NCBI GenBank assembly: GCA_018816245.1
Contig: JAHIVW010000002.1
Span: 18,314-82,313 of the forward strand
DNA: 64,000 bases
Source: Nanobdellota archaeon
Lineage (GTDB): Archaea > Aenigmatarchaeota > Aenigmatarchaeia > QMZP01
Direction: 5' to 3'
Position 1 is the first letter of the stretch; each line of letters begins with the position of its first letter. A program made the position numbers and the translations under genes. Positions 1-9,729 of this stretch are shown piece by piece. The notes beneath the pieces were generated by a model. It did no database searches. It was not told where the DNA came from and saw only the letters and a program-made list of their open reading frames with translations.

Positions 1-624
1 CTGCGCCAGCATCGGGACGACGAGCGTTCATTCTACTCGAGCGACACCTGGGACGTTGAGTTTCTGTCAGATGAGTTCGGTGTCATCGAACTCGTTGGCA
101 TCGCGGACCGCACTGACTATGATTTAACGCGCCACCAGGACACAACAAAGACCGACATGAGCATAGATGTTGATGGCAAGAAGATTGTTCCGCAGGTAAT
201 CGAAATTGCCTACGGGATTGACCGGCCGCTGTATTGTGTTCTTGAATCCTGTTACAAGAAAGAGAAAGACCGCGGCGTTCTTATGCTTCCACCGGCCCTT
301 GCGCCGTACCAGGTTGCTGTCTTCCCTCTGGTCAAGAAGGACGGGCTCCCAAAAATCGCAAAAGACATAGTCAAGGAACTGAAAGAAGCTGGCTTCTACA
401 CCATCTACGACGAAGGCTTTATCGGAAAAGTGTACTACCGACAAGACGAAATCGGAACCCTGGCGGCTGTCACAATCGATTATAATACCAAGAAGGACAA
501 AACCATAACAGTCCGCGACCGGAACACGAAAGCGCAGGTCCGCGTTCCCCGTTCAAAAATCGTTTCCGTGATTACCAACCTGCTTGCAGGAGCAGATCTC
601 AAGAAACTAGGAAAGGCTGTATGA
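1..624 (+). CDS. glyS: Glycyl-tRNA synthetase (archaeal/eukaryotic type), C-terminal part; 5' end outside window
   Basis: Frame open from base 1: LRQH..ERSFYSSDTWDVE, GIADRTDYDL, VIEIAYGIDR (motif 3), anticodon-binding domain IGKVYYRQDEIGT. Confidence 0.93.
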   Translation: MRQHRDDERSFYSSDTWDVEFLSDEFGVIELVGIADRTDYDLTRHQDTTKTDMSIDVDGKKIVPQVIEIAYGIDRPLYCVLESCYKKEKDRGVLMLPPALAPYQVAVFPLVKKDGLPKIAKDIVKELKEAGFYTIYDEGFIGKVYYRQDEIGTLAAVTIDYNTKKDKTITVRDRNTKAQVRVPRSKIVSVITNLLAGADLKKLGKAV

Positions 625-2093
625 AGAAAGACAAGACCGTGGAGGCGCTCCACCCTCACGAGAAGAAGATCATTGCCGCATTGCACGAGTTGGGTAAAGC
701 AACCCCGGAGGAAATTGCGACAAAAACAAACCTCCCGGAAGCTTCGGTCCATAAGGCGGGGATGTGGTCGAAAATCAAAGGCTTGCTCTATCACGAAGAA
801 ACCGTGCACAAGAGAGTGACAATTACCGAAGAAGGAAAACAGTATGGTCGTGCCGGCCTCCCGGAAAAGAAACTTCTCGAACTTGTTCAATCAGGAACCA
901 CAACCATTCCCGACCTTCGCAAACAAGTGAAGAATATGGACATCGCCCTTGGGTGGGCAAAACGGAAAGGCTGGGTGACGATCAAAGGTGGTACCCTTAC
1001 ACTCACCAAGGACGGAAAACACACACTGACAACGATCACTGACGTTGAACACGCGCTCCGAGGAAAAGAACCCGATGAACAGACCTTGCGCGAACTCACC
1101 GCACGAAAACTCGTAACTGTTCAGGAAAAAACAACGAAACACATGCAGCTGACAGCTGCAGGAAAAACAGTTGCAACAAAGCTTCCTGCAATGATGATTG
1201 AGGATGTAGGACAACTCACCCCAAACGATTTGAAGAGCGGTGCTTGGAAAAAGAAACAGTACCGACCATATGCTGTCGATACTCCTGTTCCCACGGTTGT
1301 TGCAGGAAAGTTCCATCCATACATGACCTACCTGCAACGACTCCGCGAAAAACTCGTTGCCCAAGGGTTCGAAGAGCGTCGGGGACCCTGGGTGGAAACT
1401 GAGTTCTGGAATGCGGATGCCCTCTTCATGCCGCAGGATCACCCTGCGCGCAGCATCCATGATGTCTTCCATCTCAAAACTCCGAAACAAGGAGCTGTCA
1501 CTCATCCTTCTGCCCTGAAACTTGTCGGAAAGGTTCACCAAAACGGCTGGATTACTGGTTCACGCGGCTGGGGGTCGTTCGATCCGAAACGGTCACTTGG
1601 ATTGGTACTCCGGTCACAAACAACAGCGGTGTCTGCGCGCATCCTGGCGGAAAAACCAACAAATACAAAATACTTCATCATCGGGAGAAACTTCCGCGTT
1701 GACAAGCTTGATGCAACCCATTCATATGAATTCTATCAATGCGACTGCATTGTCATTGGTGATCACCTCAACATGCGTCATTTGTATGCGTACTTGACCC
1801 TGTTCGCCAAGGAAATCGCCGGCGCAGACAAGATCAGGTTCAGGCCGAGCTACTTCCCGTTCGTGGAGCCGGGTGTTGAAGTTGATGCCTTCATCAACGG
1901 GAAATGGATCGAGGTCGCTGGTGCAGGAATCTTCCGGCCGGAAATGACCAAACCACTCGGCGAAGATAGGACTGTGCTTGCTTGGGCGTTCGGCCTTGAT
2001 CGTCTAGCCATGCGTTCGCTCGATATCAAGGATATCCGACACTTGTATCAACCTGATCTCAACTGGCTGCGAAAAGCTCCTCTGGTGGTGTAA
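621..2093 (+). CDS. pheS: Phenylalanyl-tRNA synthetase alpha subunit (archaeal, N-terminal wHTH domains)
   Basis: FWNADALFMPQDHPAR, LRSQTTAVS, FRPSYFPFVEP, GAGIFRPEM, FGLDRL; ATGA overlap with glyS. Confidence 0.97.
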   Translation: MKKDKTVEALHPHEKKIIAALHELGKATPEEIATKTNLPEASVHKAGMWSKIKGLLYHEETVHKRVTITEEGKQYGRAGLPEKKLLELVQSGTTTIPDLRKQVKNMDIALGWAKRKGWVTIKGGTLTLTKDGKHTLTTITDVEHALRGKEPDEQTLRELTARKLVTVQEKTTKHMQLTAAGKTVATKLPAMMIEDVGQLTPNDLKSGAWKKKQYRPYAVDTPVPTVVAGKFHPYMTYLQRLREKLVAQGFEERRGPWVETEFWNADALFMPQDHPARSIHDVFHLKTPKQGAVTHPSALKLVGKVHQNGWITGSRGWGSFDPKRSLGLVLRSQTTAVSARILAEKPTNTKYFIIGRNFRVDKLDATHSYEFYQCDCIVIGDHLNMRHLYAYLTLFAKEIAGADKIRFRPSYFPFVEPGVEVDAFINGKWIEVAGAGIFRPEMTKPLGEDRTVLAWAFGLDRLAMRSLDIKDIRHLYQPDLNWLRKAPLVV

Positions 2094-2094
2094 G

Positions 2095-3738
2095 ATGCCT
2101 GTCATAACCATATCCCTCAACGATCTGAAATCACTTGTCCCCCACAAACTGACTGATACCCAGCTGCAAGATCTGCTTCCACAAATCAAAGTCGAGGTTG
2201 ATTCGTTTGGTCCTGAATTGGTACTTGAGGTGACCCCTGACCGGCCAGATCTCTTCTCTGCAGAAGGAATCGCCCGGCAGCTGATCCTCTGGCTTGGTTT
2301 ACAAAAAGGCCTGCCGCGCTACACTATCAAATCATCAGGGATTCGTATCACCACCAAACACCCAACTGTTCGTCCGTTCATGATCTCAGCAATCATTCGA
2401 GGACTTGACCTCACTGGCCCTGCCTTGGAATCTCTCCTGCGATTGCAGGCACAGCTTGATGCAACACTCGGAAGAAATCGCCGGACGGTTTCCATCGGTT
2501 TGCATGATTTCTCCAAAACAAAACCACCGTACATCTACCAGGACGTCGCCCCGACAGCGGTTTCCTTTGTCCCCCTAGATTCCAAGAAGGAGATGACACC
2601 TGCCGCCATTCTCATGGAGTACCCCAAAGGAAAGGAATATGCACATCTTGTTCCGCGGAACTGTCCTTTGCTTACCGATAAAAACGGTTCCGTGCTCTCG
2701 TTTCCCCCAATCATCAACGGAGAACTGACTCGGGTGAAAGAAACCACGAAAGACCTGCTCATTGACATCACCGGGACGGACCAGCTTGCCATGGAACAGT
2801 CCTTGAACATACTCGTCACTGCCCTTGCCATGCGTGGCGGGAAGATAGAATCTGTTGCTGTTGACAAGAAGTCCTTCCCAACGTTGGAACCGCAGCGCCT
2901 CACCATTAATAAACACACCATCATGCAGCAGCTTGGGATTGATCTCAAGAACAGCGAACTGAAAGAACTCTTACAGCGCATGGGTTATGCAGTCACCGCG
3001 GTCCAGGAAACGTTCACGGTGTTAGCGCCTCCCTACCGGGCAGATCTCTGGCACCCTGTTGACGTTACGGAAGACGTTGCTATTGCCTACGGCTACAATA
3101 ACTTGACGCCAGTACACCCGAACCTGTTCTCAGTTGGCCACGCACATCCACTTGAAACCTTTTGTCAGCGGCTCCGGGAACTTGCGGTGAGCATGGGTTT
3201 CATTGAAGTCAACACGTTTGCCTTAACCGGGAATGAACCACCATTGAATTCCTTGTCCGGGAAAGCAATCGACCTCGAAAACCCCATGTCATCCGAAACC
3301 AGTACAGTTCGGACAAATCTGCTAGGCAGCTTGGTTCAGGTCTTTGCTGTGAACAAACACAACAAATATCCCCAACGAATCTTCGAACTCGGCGATGTTG
3401 TCCAGCTCAACCAACAAGCAGAAACAAAAACCGATACCAAGCGCTACCTTGCAATCGGAATTGCTCATCAAACCGCCGGTTTTTCCGAGATGCTTTCCGT
3501 GCTCAATGGCCTGAACACAACACTAGGCAATCCCTGGAAAATTGGAACCACAACTGATCCTGGATTTCTTCCCGGTCGTGTTGGCGCGATCAAACTAGGC
3601 GGAACTGTGATTGGGCGGTTCGGTGAACTCCATCCTGCGATTTTGGCGGACCTCGGTCTTGAAGTTCCGGTTGTTGTATGTGAATTATTTGTTGAACCGT
3701 TAGTACCGCAGCCACGAAACCAGGCGGGAAAATCCTGA
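2095..3738 (+). CDS. pheT: Phenylalanyl-tRNA synthetase beta subunit
   Basis: MPVITI, TPDRPDLFSAEGIAR, SFPPIING, PPYRADL..DVTEDVAIAYGY; follows pheS. Confidence 0.96.
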   Translation: MPVITISLNDLKSLVPHKLTDTQLQDLLPQIKVEVDSFGPELVLEVTPDRPDLFSAEGIARQLILWLGLQKGLPRYTIKSSGIRITTKHPTVRPFMISAIIRGLDLTGPALESLLRLQAQLDATLGRNRRTVSIGLHDFSKTKPPYIYQDVAPTAVSFVPLDSKKEMTPAAILMEYPKGKEYAHLVPRNCPLLTDKNGSVLSFPPIINGELTRVKETTKDLLIDITGTDQLAMEQSLNILVTALAMRGGKIESVAVDKKSFPTLEPQRLTINKHTIMQQLGIDLKNSELKELLQRMGYAVTAVQETFTVLAPPYRADLWHPVDVTEDVAIAYGYNNLTPVHPNLFSVGHAHPLETFCQRLRELAVSMGFIEVNTFALTGNEPPLNSLSGKAIDLENPMSSETSTVRTNLLGSLVQVFAVNKHNKYPQRIFELGDVVQLNQQAETKTDTKRYLAIGIAHQTAGFSEMLSVLNGLNTTLGNPWKIGTTTDPGFLPGRVGAIKLGGTVIGRFGELHPAILADLGLEVPVVVCELFVEPLVPQPRNQAGKS

Positions 3739-4455
3739 TGGCAACGTGGCAGGAACGCCAGTTAATTGTGTTGCAATGTGGTGATAGCGCCGGCTTGCTT
3801 TGGCGTGCGGATGATACAAGACAACTGGCGTCTTGTTTGCGATTGCCCGCCGGACTGCAGGATCTTCTGGAATGCTCGAGATCACCGGAACGCCAAGGAA
3901 CTCTTCAACTTCTTCTTGAGAGTATTCATGACGCTCCTTTGCAACACGGTTGATAACAACACCGAGATTGATCGTAGAAAAGCGGTCAGCGAACTTGATG
4001 ACCTTGAGTGCATCAGTCAGCGCCGGCAGTTCTGGTGTTGTTACCGTGATTAATTCATCACCTGCTTCAACCGCGGCAAGCGCTTCCCGACCAAGGCCGG
4101 CAGCTGCATCGATTAAAACGAAATCTGCCTGATCAAGTCGTGACAAGACGTTCAGGAGCCGGCTTGCTCGCGGCACCATGATCTGTCTCATAGAAATGTC
4201 AGCAGGGAGCACTCGGAACCCAGCAGAGTGAGTATACAATGCCTTGCCTGGAGAGATTCTCCCTTTCAAGACGTCTTGAAGTGTATGTGGATACAACGGA
4301 ATCCCTAAATGGAGTCCGAGGTTCGAGGTGGTGAGATTGGAGTCGATCGCAATGACCCGCTTCCCCTGCTGGGCGAGCGCGGTCGCGAGATTGCTGACAA
4401 AGGTGGTCTTGCCAACCCCCCCTTTCGCCGATGCAATCGTGATAAACCGGGCCAT
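3700..4455 (-). CDS. minD: MinD/ParA-family ATPase (archaeal MinD)
   Basis: Deviant Walker A ASAKGGVGKTT, DSNLTTSNLGLHLG, IDAAAGLG, IPEDPAVRRA, amphipathic C-terminus FSRLVSWLR. Confidence 0.88.
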   Translation of the reverse strand: MARFITIASAKGGVGKTTFVSNLATALAQQGKRVIAIDSNLTTSNLGLHLGIPLYPHTLQDVLKGRISPGKALYTHSAGFRVLPADISMRQIMVPRASRLLNVLSRLDQADFVLIDAAAGLGREALAAVEAGDELITVTTPELPALTDALKVIKFADRFSTINLGVVINRVAKERHEYSQEEVEEFLGVPVISSIPEDPAVRRAIANKTPVVLYHPHAKASRRYHHIATQLTGVPATLPSGFSRLVSWLRY

Positions 4456-4507
4456 CTACTCTTCCTTGACAATGAAGGGTTAAATTGTTTTGAGCTCAGA
4501 ATCTCGT

Positions 4508-4978
4508 ATGGAAGAGCAGACGTTTTCTGATTACCTCCGAGCGATCAAAGGATCACAACCGTTCACCCGTCAGGGGATCTATCGTGCTGCAATGCTATGG
4601 CTTGAAAAAACAGATCCACCTCGCCAGTTTTTCCATCCTGAAGAGGCACAAAAAATTGATTGCGATCGACTTCTTGTTTGTTCTCGAAATTCAACACACA
4701 ATGGGTTCATCCGTAATGGGAAAGGTCACCGTCGCTGCAGCTACCGACAACTTGTTCCGAGAGGGGACCTTACCGAAACCTATATCGATGACCTTTCCGG
4801 TCTTCGTTCAAACAAATACGATCCTGTGGGAGATGAACCGGTTGTTGATGCCTGTTTAGCATTTCCAAAACAAGTCACCATTGAAACTCTTGGAACAAGG
4901 CTTACAGAAGAAGAACGATCGTCCCCTGAAACCATTGCAAACTATGTCAAAGCTTTGAGTGCGCTCAATCAACTCTAG
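4508..4978 (+). CDS. Hypothetical protein
   Basis: 156-aa ORF filling the gap between minD and tRNA-Arg; no recognisable motif. Confidence 0.55.
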   Translation: MEEQTFSDYLRAIKGSQPFTRQGIYRAAMLWLEKTDPPRQFFHPEEAQKIDCDRLLVCSRNSTHNGFIRNGKGHRRCSYRQLVPRGDLTETYIDDLSGLRSNKYDPVGDEPVVDACLAFPKQVTIETLGTRLTEEERSSPETIANYVKALSALNQL

Positions 4979-4983
4979 TCGAA

Positions 4984-5057
4984 TGAGCCCGGGAGGATTC
5001 GAACCCCCGACCTTCGCCTTAGGACGGCGCCGCTCTATCCAGCTGAGCTACGGGCCC
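4984..5057 (-). tRNA. tRNA-Arg(CCU)
   Basis: GGGCCCG/CGGGCTC acceptor, D arm GCTC..GAGC, anticodon loop GT-CCT-AA, T loop TTCGAAT; no encoded CCA. Confidence 0.9.
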
Positions 5058-5157
5058 AATGAATCTTTTGTGCTGACGCTTAAATGAACATCTCCGGAAT
5101 CAACTTCTTGTTGTGTTTTCAACAGGGAATATTTCCCATATGAATGCAAGGACAGTC

Positions 5158-6018
5158 ATGCGTATCGCGTTCCTCCTCCCACTCATTTTGCTTGTTGCAG
5201 GCTGTACAGCATCAGGAGAGGTGGTCAATGACGAATCTCCTGATCTTGATACCCTCCTTGCAGAGGAACTAGCGAACGTTCCTGAGCCAAAACCAATGGA
5301 AGAGGAACTTCCAGAAGAACCAGAGGACCTGCCAAAGCCAGTGCCCGATCCTTGTTCTGGTGTGTACTGTCAAGCAAGAACGATGATCTGCCCGGACGGA
5401 ATCCTGTCCACCTGCCAGGAACAGTGTGAGAACAGCACCTGCGTTTCCTGCTTCCCAAGCTGCTCTGGCCACAATGCTCCCTGCCAGCCTGTCTGGAGCT
5501 GTTTGCCTTGGTCAGGTTGTCTTGACGGGATAAGCAAACGGACTTGCATTGACATCAACCGGTGCGATTCAACCAACGACAAACCTGCAGAACTTGCTGG
5601 CTGCACGATTCCTGAACCAGTTACCCCACCAACGAATACCACAGAAAATACTACATCACAGAACGAGACAAACGAAACCGTAAATGTTACCTTCGCAATA
5701 TTCCTCTCAGCAATCCAATGCGATGCACCAGGGAATGACGCGGTACGAGAAAACTGGCCTGGTGAATGGGTCGCCATTACAAACAACGGAACAGAACAGA
5801 ACCTGACAAATTGGACCGTGCACGATGCAGACGGGAACGTGTACAACTTGACGAACTTCACGTTTCCAGAAAACTGGACCATTCTTCTCCACTCAGGAAC
5901 CGGTGATGATAATGCAACCGATCTCTTCTGGGGGAAAGGACCAATCTGGAACAACGACGATGATACAGCGTTCCTCGTGAATGCAACAAACGAAACAGTC
6001 AGCGAATTGTCCTGTTAA
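5158..6018 (+). CDS. Predicted lipoprotein with Cys-rich region and C-terminal lamin-tail (LTD)-like domain
   Basis: Lipobox LLVAGC; WSCLPWSGC..RTCIDINRC motif; EWVAITN..NLTNWTVHD..LHSGTG..IWNNDDDTAFL; many N-x-S/T sequons. Confidence 0.75.
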   Translation: MRIAFLLPLILLVAGCTASGEVVNDESPDLDTLLAEELANVPEPKPMEEELPEEPEDLPKPVPDPCSGVYCQARTMICPDGILSTCQEQCENSTCVSCFPSCSGHNAPCQPVWSCLPWSGCLDGISKRTCIDINRCDSTNDKPAELAGCTIPEPVTPPTNTTENTTSQNETNETVNVTFAIFLSAIQCDAPGNDAVRENWPGEWVAITNNGTEQNLTNWTVHDADGNVYNLTNFTFPENWTILLHSGTGDDNATDLFWGKGPIWNNDDDTAFLVNATNETVSELSC

Positions 6019-6539
6019 GTACGGCACGCATTGCATGCCCAACGACCGTTGACGTTCTTAAGTCCATCTGAATACTGTTCACACTGTTCGCAGATCCCAG
6101 AAATCGTTGCATGTGGCTGCACAACGCGTTCTGCACGGGCCTTAAGTTTTTCCGACAGGACTTCAATGAGTTCTGGAGCAGTAATCAAAAGCTCCTTGTC
6201 GGTGATAATCCCCTGAATTTGGTTGTTCCTGACGATCGGAATCCGTTTGATGCCGTGCTTGAGCATGAGCCGGGTGACTTTGAGCAAATCCTCGTCTGGA
6301 TCAGCAGTGATAAACTCCTTCCGGGGCTGGTCCCCCACGAGGACGTTCTTTGGATCATCACCCTGGGCAACGAGCCGGACCACGTCCTCTGTTGTGAAAA
6401 TGCCGATCGGCACATCATTCTTGCTGATGACAACGGAGCCAATTCGGTTGTTGCTCATGATCTTGGCAGCAGCGTCTGCAGTGATGTCAGGACCCACCGT
6501 GACCACATACTGACGCATAATTTCCTTGACCTTTACCAT
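6015..6539 (-). CDS. CBS-pair protein with C-terminal Zn ribbon
   Basis: VKEIM..VVTV, IGSVVI, GIFTTED, IKRIPIV, GIITDKE; tail GICEQC..WACNAC. Confidence 0.88.
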   Translation of the reverse strand: MVKVKEIMRQYVVTVGPDITADAAAKIMSNNRIGSVVISKNDVPIGIFTTEDVVRLVAQGDDPKNVLVGDQPRKEFITADPDEDLLKVTRLMLKHGIKRIPIVRNNQIQGIITDKELLITAPELIEVLSEKLKARAERVVQPHATISGICEQCEQYSDGLKNVNGRWACNACRT

Positions 6540-6569
6540 GTGTCTGTCTTTGTCCCAAGACATAAATAG

Positions 6570-6923
6570 CTAGAAATTGAGGTAGAGCAGGATTGCGAGA
6601 AGGAAGACAGCAACACCAATGAGGACCGTAATGAGATAAGCACGTCCCTGAACTCGTGGCGGTCTCCGATTTTCTTCCCACCTGTCGCGGTGACGGAGGC
6701 CGATTCCCATGAAGACGAGTCCCATAATAAAGAAGAAACTCATCGAGGAGTCAAATACAAAGAAGAACGGGATCCCGATAGCGAACCAGACCAGACCCAT
6801 GACGAACATGGAGTAATAATCAGGCTTGTGAGGCTCCTTTCCTCTCTTCACTTTCAACAGAAGAACAGCGCCGAAGAGAACGAAGAGTGCAACAATCCCG
6901 AGAAGAATCCATGCGATTTCCAT
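6570..6923 (-). CDS. Small multi-pass membrane protein
   Basis: Four hydrophobic segments; start MEIAWILL just downstream of tRNA-Ser. Confidence 0.7.
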   Translation of the reverse strand: MEIAWILLGIVALFVLFGAVLLLKVKRGKEPHKPDYYSMFVMGLVWFAIGIPFFFVFDSSMSFFFIMGLVFMGIGLRHRDRWEENRRPPRVQGRAYLITVLIGVAVFLLAILLYLNF

Positions 6924-6952
6924 GGGAATACTTGCTGCGGGTTGGTATAAAG

Positions 6953-7036
6953 CGATGGGGGAGGGATTTGAACCCTCGAGTGCAGATGCACACAGGTTTA
7001 GCAAACCTGCGCCTTGGACCGCTCGGCCACCCCATC
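6953..7036 (-). tRNA. tRNA-Ser(GCU)
   Basis: GATGGGG/CCCCATC acceptor, CAGGT-TT-GCT-AA-ACCTG anticodon arm, long variable arm GTGCATCTGCAC, G73. Confidence 0.95.
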
Positions 7037-7567
7037 GTGAAGAATCCATTGGCTGCGGAGCTTATAATGGGTGCGTGTGAACCTTTTAAAAATACGCCCC
7101 CAACTCCTGATTCTCACACCGCGTTTGAAAAGCAACACGCCTCTATCCAGAGTCGTGAAACCATAGGTACCTGTATCAGCCGGCGCTTTCCTGATCGTGC
7201 AAATGTGATGGAGAGCGTCGGTCTTTTGTTTGTCTTTCGTGGAACGGTATTCTGAAACTCCCCAGGATATCGGTGTGGCAATTGGGAGGGAAATCTATGA
7301 TGCGATATTAGTCCTCATGAGGAACCGCAAGGTGGTTGGACGGATTCGCGAGTGTAACGGCCAGCGCGAGATCGCAGATAGGAAGTGGAAGATCCATGAT
7401 CCCGGCGAGGGCGGTCCCGGTGCGCAGCCACTGAAGTCCGCCGAGGAGCAACGAACCTTTCACTGTCATGATGACATAGGAGGGTGGTGTGACTGATCAG
7501 TCACTGGGAATTACAATCACTGTTCCGAACTCTCCCGGGGATAGTGAAACAATTGGAGGGAGAAGAA

Positions 7568-8053
7568 ATGAAGGTCGTTTTAGAAATGCAAGCAACAAAT
7601 CGAGGTCTCAAGAAGGAGATCTCCCTCGTCCTCTCGCAACGGACGGTTGGTGATCACAGAATGACTGCCAACACTCTCTGGCACGTGATAAAGGGAAGTG
7701 GTTTCCCTACCGTGTCACGGAAGTCCGTGGTCGAGGCCCTCAGGGATCTCCTCAAGGAGAAGGAAGATGTTCCTCCGTTGTTTGGAATGGAAACGGAGGG
7801 ATCACGTTGCGTCTACTTCAATCTCATTCAGGAGAAGACGTGGCGCCTTCAGCGACAAGGACAAGGCAGGACACCGGAGACTGACAGATTCGTTGCCGGT
7901 CTCTGTCAAACCGACGTTCCGCCGACGATGGGAACCAAGACCCTGGAGTCAGTTGGTTCTGAAGGAGTGGGCGCGGATACCAGCGGGTACCCGAAGGAGA
8001 TCAAACCGTCGAGCAATGCGGAGGCAGACGCCAACGCGCTCGACTCCTTCTGA
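7568..8053 (+). CDS. Hypothetical protein, possible N-terminal winged helix, disordered tail
   Basis: GGAGGG Shine-Dalgarno before ATG; TANTLWHVIK..VSRKSVVEALRDL pattern resembles wHTH. Confidence 0.5.
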   Translation: MKVVLEMQATNRGLKKEISLVLSQRTVGDHRMTANTLWHVIKGSGFPTVSRKSVVEALRDLLKEKEDVPPLFGMETEGSRCVYFNLIQEKTWRLQRQGQGRTPETDRFVAGLCQTDVPPTMGTKTLESVGSEGVGADTSGYPKEIKPSSNAEADANALDSF

Positions 8054-8068
8054 CGCTGGACAGTTGAT

Positions 8069-8110
8069 GGCACGGCGTTCGGTGCGAACCGTTCGCCGTG
8101 CCCACTTTTA
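8069..8110 (+). terminator. Stable hairpin with GNRA tetraloop followed by a short T run (intrinsic terminator-like or RNA element)
   Basis: GGCACGGCG-TT-CGGT-GCGA-ACCG-TT-CGCCGTGCC then CACTTTTA. Confidence 0.55.
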
Positions 8111-8135
8111 GGTAAACAACAACCCGGGAGGGGCT

Positions 8136-8396
8136 ATGGTTTCTGAATCTGTCATTGAACGAGTGGCCGCGTTCCTTGATCCAAACCAAGGGTACACGGC
8201 ACGAGCGATCGCCTCCCAACTTGCGCTCCCCTTGGCCGCTGTCACGTCTGCACTTGAGCATCTCAAGGCTGAGGGAAGAGCAGTTGAGGTGAAGAGACGT
8301 GAAAGGAGATCGCTATGGCTGAGACACAAGTTCGCGACGCATGACCCGAAGGTCGTTGTCGACAAACTTGGATTGTTTGGTGCGGAGGGATGCTGA
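8136..8396 (+). CDS. Small winged-helix DNA-binding protein
   Basis: YTARAIASQLALPLAAVTSALEHLKAEGRAVEV..SLW; GGGAGGGG SD. Confidence 0.65.
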   Translation: MVSESVIERVAAFLDPNQGYTARAIASQLALPLAAVTSALEHLKAEGRAVEVKRRERRSLWLRHKFATHDPKVVVDKLGLFGAEGC

Positions 8397-8504
8397 ACTT
8401 CGTTCAAGGTCAGGGATTTCTAGATCCACTGCCGAACCTCCCCAAAGCGGCTGCCTGAGTACCCAAACCCATCGACTGTTCCGCGGTCCTTGGGTCTTGT
8501 TTTA

Positions 8505-8519
8505 TATAACAGCGTTATA
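8505..8519. repeat. Dispersed 15-bp palindrome copy 1 (TATAACAGCGTTATA)
   Basis: Lies between convergent genes; matches copies at 13433, 22756, 25448, 46553. Confidence 0.75.
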
Positions 8520-8540
8520 CACCACAACCCCCATCCGCCT

Positions 8541-8583
8541 AGAAAAAGAAAAGAAAAACAAAGAGAGGGCTCACGAGGGAGCC
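8541..8583 (-). terminator. Hairpin plus T-rich tract terminating the 8588-8914 gene
   Basis: GGCTC/GAGCC stem followed on the minus strand by a long T-rich tract. Confidence 0.5.
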
Positions 8584-8587
8584 TGAT

Positions 8588-8914
8588 TTACGCGTTTTTG
8601 GTCACGACGAAGACTTCGCGCAGAGCGACTAGCAAGCCAGCCCCTGCGACAAAGGCCACAAAGTGATTCAGCATGGTTGAAGCAACAGCGCCGATGTACG
8701 GGATCTCACCAACAGTGAAACCCACCAACATCAAGGCAATGGTTGCCAACAGGAATGTGAGAACTTCCTCACCAGACACATTCAACAGGCCAACAATGAT
8801 CCCAAGGATCACGAGGGCTGGAATGGCCAACTCGCCAAGATTGGCGAATCCTGCAACCACCGAAATCACAAGGCCAATGATAAAGGCCACGCGACCGATT
8901 TTTGCGGTGTCCAT
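8588..8914 (-). CDS. Small membrane protein (about 4 TM)
   Basis: GRVAFIIGLVISVVAG..LGIIVGLLNVSGEEVLTFLLATIAL. Confidence 0.75.
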   Translation of the reverse strand: MDTAKIGRVAFIIGLVISVVAGFANLGELAIPALVILGIIVGLLNVSGEEVLTFLLATIALMLVGFTVGEIPYIGAVASTMLNHFVAFVAGAGLLVALREVFVVTKNA

Positions 8915-9010
8915 GCCAATCCTAGTGCGGGCCGACTATATAAGCCTTTTGGAATCTGAAAACCGATAGCAAGCGCCCCATTTTGACCATCCATATAAAA
9001 AGGGGGGTAT

Positions 9011-9727
9011 TTAAAGGTTTCGGCCGCTCCTGGCTGGGAAAAAACCAGTTGCTAAAGGGCTGGTCTTGGTCGCCCAGCGCGCAATCAGGAACGATAATGC
9101 AACAAGAACAGCTACCAACAGCTCGGTCAGCCAGATATTTTGCGTCACCGTGACCGCGCTCACCGCAGCCATGTTCACAAGGAAATGTAGGAACATCGCC
9201 AGCCAGAGATACTTCCGTCCCTTCGAGAAGGAACTGAATACAATCATGGTCAGCGCGAGGTGGAGGACGATCGCAAGATTCCGCTCGATTGCCCCAGGGA
9301 GGATATCCAAAAGCGAAGGAGCAATCTCCAACACGAGCGGCAATGCCAGGATATTCGGTACGTAGAGGAGGAGAGCCTCGCCAACACCCCATCCAAGACC
9401 GAAGGTGAGCAGGGTCTTCTGGTCAGCACTGATCTTCCGTTTCATAATGGTGTACCGGAAGCCTTCCTCGAACAAGCCTGCCATAGCAGAGGCATAGGCA
9501 CCGTAGATAATCAAGAACACCATACTCTCGAGAATTCCCGGTGCCAGGATAACCGGGAGCTGGACCGGAATCAGCCGAACCAGCAGGGCTGCCAACCAGC
9601 CACCCCATCCAAAGAAGAAGGCCTTCCACAAGCCCCGGTTCCCGCGGTTCACCCAGAAGCTCAGTGCCAGGAACGGTCCGATTGCAATAACACACCCAAC
9701 GAACGCTGCGGTGAGAAAGTCTGACAT
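9011..9727 (-). CDS. YhfC/PrsW-like intramembrane glutamic metalloprotease
   Basis: AGLFEEGFRY, FGLGWGVGEA, ERNLAIVLH, FLHFLVN. Confidence 0.85.
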   Translation of the reverse strand: MSDFLTAAFVGCVIAIGPFLALSFWVNRGNRGLWKAFFFGWGGWLAALLVRLIPVQLPVILAPGILESMVFLIIYGAYASAMAGLFEEGFRYTIMKRKISADQKTLLTFGLGWGVGEALLLYVPNILALPLVLEIAPSLLDILPGAIERNLAIVLHLALTMIVFSSFSKGRKYLWLAMFLHFLVNMAAVSAVTVTQNIWLTELLVAVLVALSFLIARWATKTSPLATGFFPARSGRNL

Positions 9728-9729
9728 TA

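Noticed and set aside
7240..7500. RNase P RNA or SRP RNA
   Set aside because: GAGGAA and GNRA-like words occur, but the P4 partner strand and the SRP helix 8 motif were not found.
6953..8519. Element integrated into tRNA-Ser(GCU)
   Set aside because: The island lies on the 5' side of the tRNA, with no duplicated tRNA fragment and no integrase.
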